From contig NC_057758.1 of assembly GCF_004010195.1 (NCBI RefSeq), positions 3,375,881 through 3,407,523 on the forward strand: DNA of 31,643 bases. The letters run 5' to 3'. This DNA comes from Chiloscyllium plagiosum. Taxonomy: Eukaryota. Positions 30,301 to 31,643 of this stretch are shown here, in pieces (the first letter of the stretch is position 1; each line of letters starts with the position of its first letter). Made by a program: the position numbers and the translations under genes. The notes below the pieces were generated by a model. That model had not been told where the DNA came from and made no database searches. It was given only the letters and a program-made list of their open reading frames with translations.

Positions 30301-31643
30301 CTTCACCCGCTCTGGGACTGGAGGGCCACGGTGCGATATGTGCACTGTCCTTTCCACTCCCAGGGACTGGGGTGTTACAGTGTGATAGATACATTGTCCT
30401 TTCCCTCCCTCTGGGACTGGGGGTCACAGTGTGATAGATACACTGTCCTTCACCCTCTCTGGGACTGTGGGGTCACAGTGTGATGGATACACTGTCCTTT
30501 CCCCTCTCTGGGACGGGGGGCCCCGGTGTGATAGATACACTGTCCTTCACCCTGTCTAGGACTGGGGGGTCACAGTGTGATAGATACAATGTCCTTTCCC
30601 CTTCTGTGACTGGTGAGGTTACAGTGTGATAGATACATTGTCCATTCCCCCTCTCTGGGACTGGGGTGTGGGGGTCACAGTGTGGTAGATACACTTTCCT
30701 TTCCCCCCTCTGTGGCTGGGGGGTGACATGTGACAGATACACTGTCCTTTCCACCCCCCACCACCTCTGGGACTCTGTGGTCACAGTGTGCTAGATACAC
30801 TAACCTTTTCCCCCATCTAGGACTGGGGGGGGGGTCACATGTGATAGATACACTGTCCATTCCCACTCCCCAACCCCCCCAACCCCAGGACTGGGGTGTC
30901 ACCGTGTGATAGATACACTGTCCTTTCCCCCTCTCTGGCTTTGGGGGTCACAGTGTGATAGATACTCTGTGCTTTCCCCCCTCTGGGACTGGGGGGGGGT
31001 CACATGTGATAGATACACTGTCCTTTCCCCCTCTCTGGGAATGGAGGGGTCACAGTGTGATAGATACACTGTCCTTTCCCCCCCTCTGGGACTGTGGGGT
31101 CACAGTGTGATAGATACTCTGTCCTCCCCCCCCCCCCCGGAACTAGGGGGGGGGTCACATGTGGTAGATACACTGTCCTTTCCCCCTCTCTGGGAATGGG
31201 GGGAGGGGTCACAGTGTGATAGATACACTGTCCTTTACTCTCTCTGGGACTGGGGGTCATAGTGTGATAGATACACTGTCCTTTCCCTCGTCTGGAACTG
31301 TGGGGGTCACAGTGTGATAGATACACTGTCCTTACCCCCTCTGGGACTGGGGTGTTACAGTGTGATGGATACACTGTCCTTACCCCCTCTGTGACTGGGG
31401 AGGTTACTGTGTGATAGATACATTGTCCATTCCCCTTCTCTGGGACTGGGGTGTGGGGGTCACAGTGTGGTAGATACACTTTCCTTTCCCCCCTCTGTGG
31501 CTGGGGGGTGACATGTGACAGATACATTGTCCTTTCCACCCCCCACCACCTCTGGGACTCTGTGGTCACAGTGTGCTAGATACACTAACCTTTTCCCCCA
31601 TCTAGGACTGGGGGGGGGGTCACATGTGATAGATACACTGTCC
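24371..31643. repeat. Tandem satellite, ~48-50-bp unit, roughly 140-150 copies, running off the window end
   Basis: Consensus CTCTGGGACTGGGGGTCACAGTGTGATAGATACACTGTCCTTTCCCC. GATAGATAC recurs at ~25384, 25434, 25482, 25531, 25581 and onward. Confidence 0.98.

Noticed and set aside
24253..31569. Many Cys/His-rich ORFs (VYLSHCDP, CDRYTV repeats) as zinc-finger or repeat proteins
   Set aside because: They are translations of the satellite, with constant frameshifts from variable G/C runs and no C2H2 spacing.
24371..31643. Immunoglobulin/TCR locus RSS array
   Set aside because: The heptamers lack an ACAAAAACC-like nonamer at 12 or 23 bp, and no V, D or J coding segments are seen.

Overview
This is vertebrate genomic DNA, almost certainly from a cartilaginous fish (shark). 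That is inferred from the repeat families: tRNA-derived V-domain HE1-type SINEs, CR1/HER1-type LINE fragments, and Penelope-like elements with GIY-YIG remnants and minimal hammerhead motifs. No intact, recognisable protein-coding gene is visible; almost all listed ORFs are decayed retroelement pieces or artefacts of simple repeats. The last ~7.3 kb is a ~49-bp hairpin-forming satellite. The non-repeat islands are three CpG/CCAAT/GC-box promoter-like clusters (~440-830, ~3435-4610, ~17550-18090), a candidate 54-nt micro-exon (11049-11102) and the main finding. That finding is a ~1.05-kb array (12752-13800) of about 11-12 degenerate stem-loops, consensus CAGGGAAATNTAGGYYCAGG-YTNNAT-CTTKGGCCTAGTGCT, separated by unique spacers. 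It shows G-U and compensatory substitutions and has orphan copies at 17376-17409 (-) and 19311-19349 (+). It is a candidate undescribed structured ncRNA repeat domain or protein-binding dyad array. A 730-bp solo LTR is nested in a LINE. Repeat boundaries were read by eye and are approximate.
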